Part shown: positions 63,170 to 64,000 of the stretch, piece by piece | Layout: each line of letters begins with the position of its first letter | Numbering within the stretch: position 1 is the stretch's first letter | Source of the DNA: Mobula birostris | Taxonomy: Eukaryota | Direction: 5' to 3' | DNA length: 64,000 nucleotides | Assembly (NCBI RefSeq): GCF_030028105.1 | Contig: NC_092378.1 | Location: forward strand, 125,601,731 to 125,665,730 | Translations under genes and position numbers: made by a program | Notes under the pieces: generated by a model | What the model was told of the DNA's origin: nothing | The model's database searches: none | The model's input: only the letters and a program-made list of their open reading frames with translations

Positions 63170-64000
63170 TTCCTCATTGCACAGTTAGAGGAGTGGGATA
63201 GCCAGGCAGAATGCTCCTCTTGCAGGATGTGGGAAGGCAGGGAGACCGCCAGATCCTTTACTCCAAGTTGAAGGAAGGTCAGTGAGCCTCTGGTGGGCAA
63301 AGGAAACACTTCAAAGGGAACGTCAAAGTCAGTCTGAAGAAATTTATCACTGCAGCTAAAAACTGAGAAGACTTTGCACTCAATAGAAGAACCTGGAGGA
63401 AATCTGATCAAGAGGAAGCTATGCTGCATAAGAGCAACCTCTGCTGTGTTGCAGAGAACAAGTGACCACTGCTAAAGGAGAGACCGAACAACCAAAAGAC
63501 TCAACCACTAACTACAATCACCACTTACACACTGCACCAGGATACATGGATCTTGGATCAGCCTTTACTGCCACCTGAGGACCCACCAATAGACACCCAC
63601 TTAGGATACTTAACTCGAGTGACCACACTGATACAGCTACACCAGTAAGGTATGCATCCAGCTGCAGCTTCTTTCAGACCGTGTTAAGGAATTGGAGCTG
63701 GAACTGGATGAACTTGGATTATTCAGGAGGCTGAGGGGGTGATTGACAGGAAATACAGGGTGGTAGCTACCCTCAAGGTGCAAGGCACAGTTAACTGGAT
63801 GACCATCAGGAGGGGGAAGGAGTTAGGCACCCAGTGCAGAGTACTCCTGTACCCGTTCCCCTCAACAACAGGTATACCGCTTTGGATACTGTTGGTAGTG
63901 GTGGGGGGGGGGGGGGGCGGGGTGTGACCTAGCAAGGAAAGCCACAAGGGTCAGATCTCTGGCACTGAATCTGGCTCTGTAGCTCAGAAAAGAAGTGGGG
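63170..64000 (+). mobile_element. CR1 5'/ORF1 remnant interrupted by an RTE-like 3' fragment (~63255-63625); runs off the window
   Basis: ECSSCRMWE and CIQLQLLSDRVKELELELDEL match the ORF1 at 5539-5886; the insert translates to GGQRKHFKG..KVSLKK. Confidence 0.7.

Noticed and set aside
48100-64000. Exons of a further neighbouring gene (e.g. UQCC4 or UNKL)
   Set aside because: No phase-consistent exon chain or recognisable peptide found by eye; small exons cannot be excluded.

Overview
Vertebrate nuclear DNA, AT-rich and repeat-dense. The repeat content (CR1 LINEs, V-domain SINEs, Neptune-type Penelope elements, Rex1/Babar) suggests a cartilaginous fish, probably a ray (inference). Two host genes lie tail to tail. 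On the + strand are six phase-compatible 3' coding exons of a coiled-coil gene matching CCDC154 (946-34933; 5' part outside the window). On the - strand is an intact single-coding-exon PERCC1 ORF (46194-47039) with YAP/FAM181-like TEAD-binding motifs, a probable non-coding first exon and a TATA promoter. Most of the rest is transposable elements: a near-full-length CR1, many CR1 fragments, a decayed Gypsy element nested in a CR1 and itself carrying insertions, Rex1/Babar, RTE and L2 fragments, SINEs and a MITE. The most notable non-genic system is a Penelope-like (GIY-YIG) family whose 3' end carries a minimal type I hammerhead ribozyme followed by a structured tail. Two copies have intact cores (23707-23742, 52717-52752) and about eight are decayed or partial. 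Some copies inserted as fold-back inverted units inside a single target-site duplication (TSD). Boundaries of old repeats are approximate and no database searches were run.
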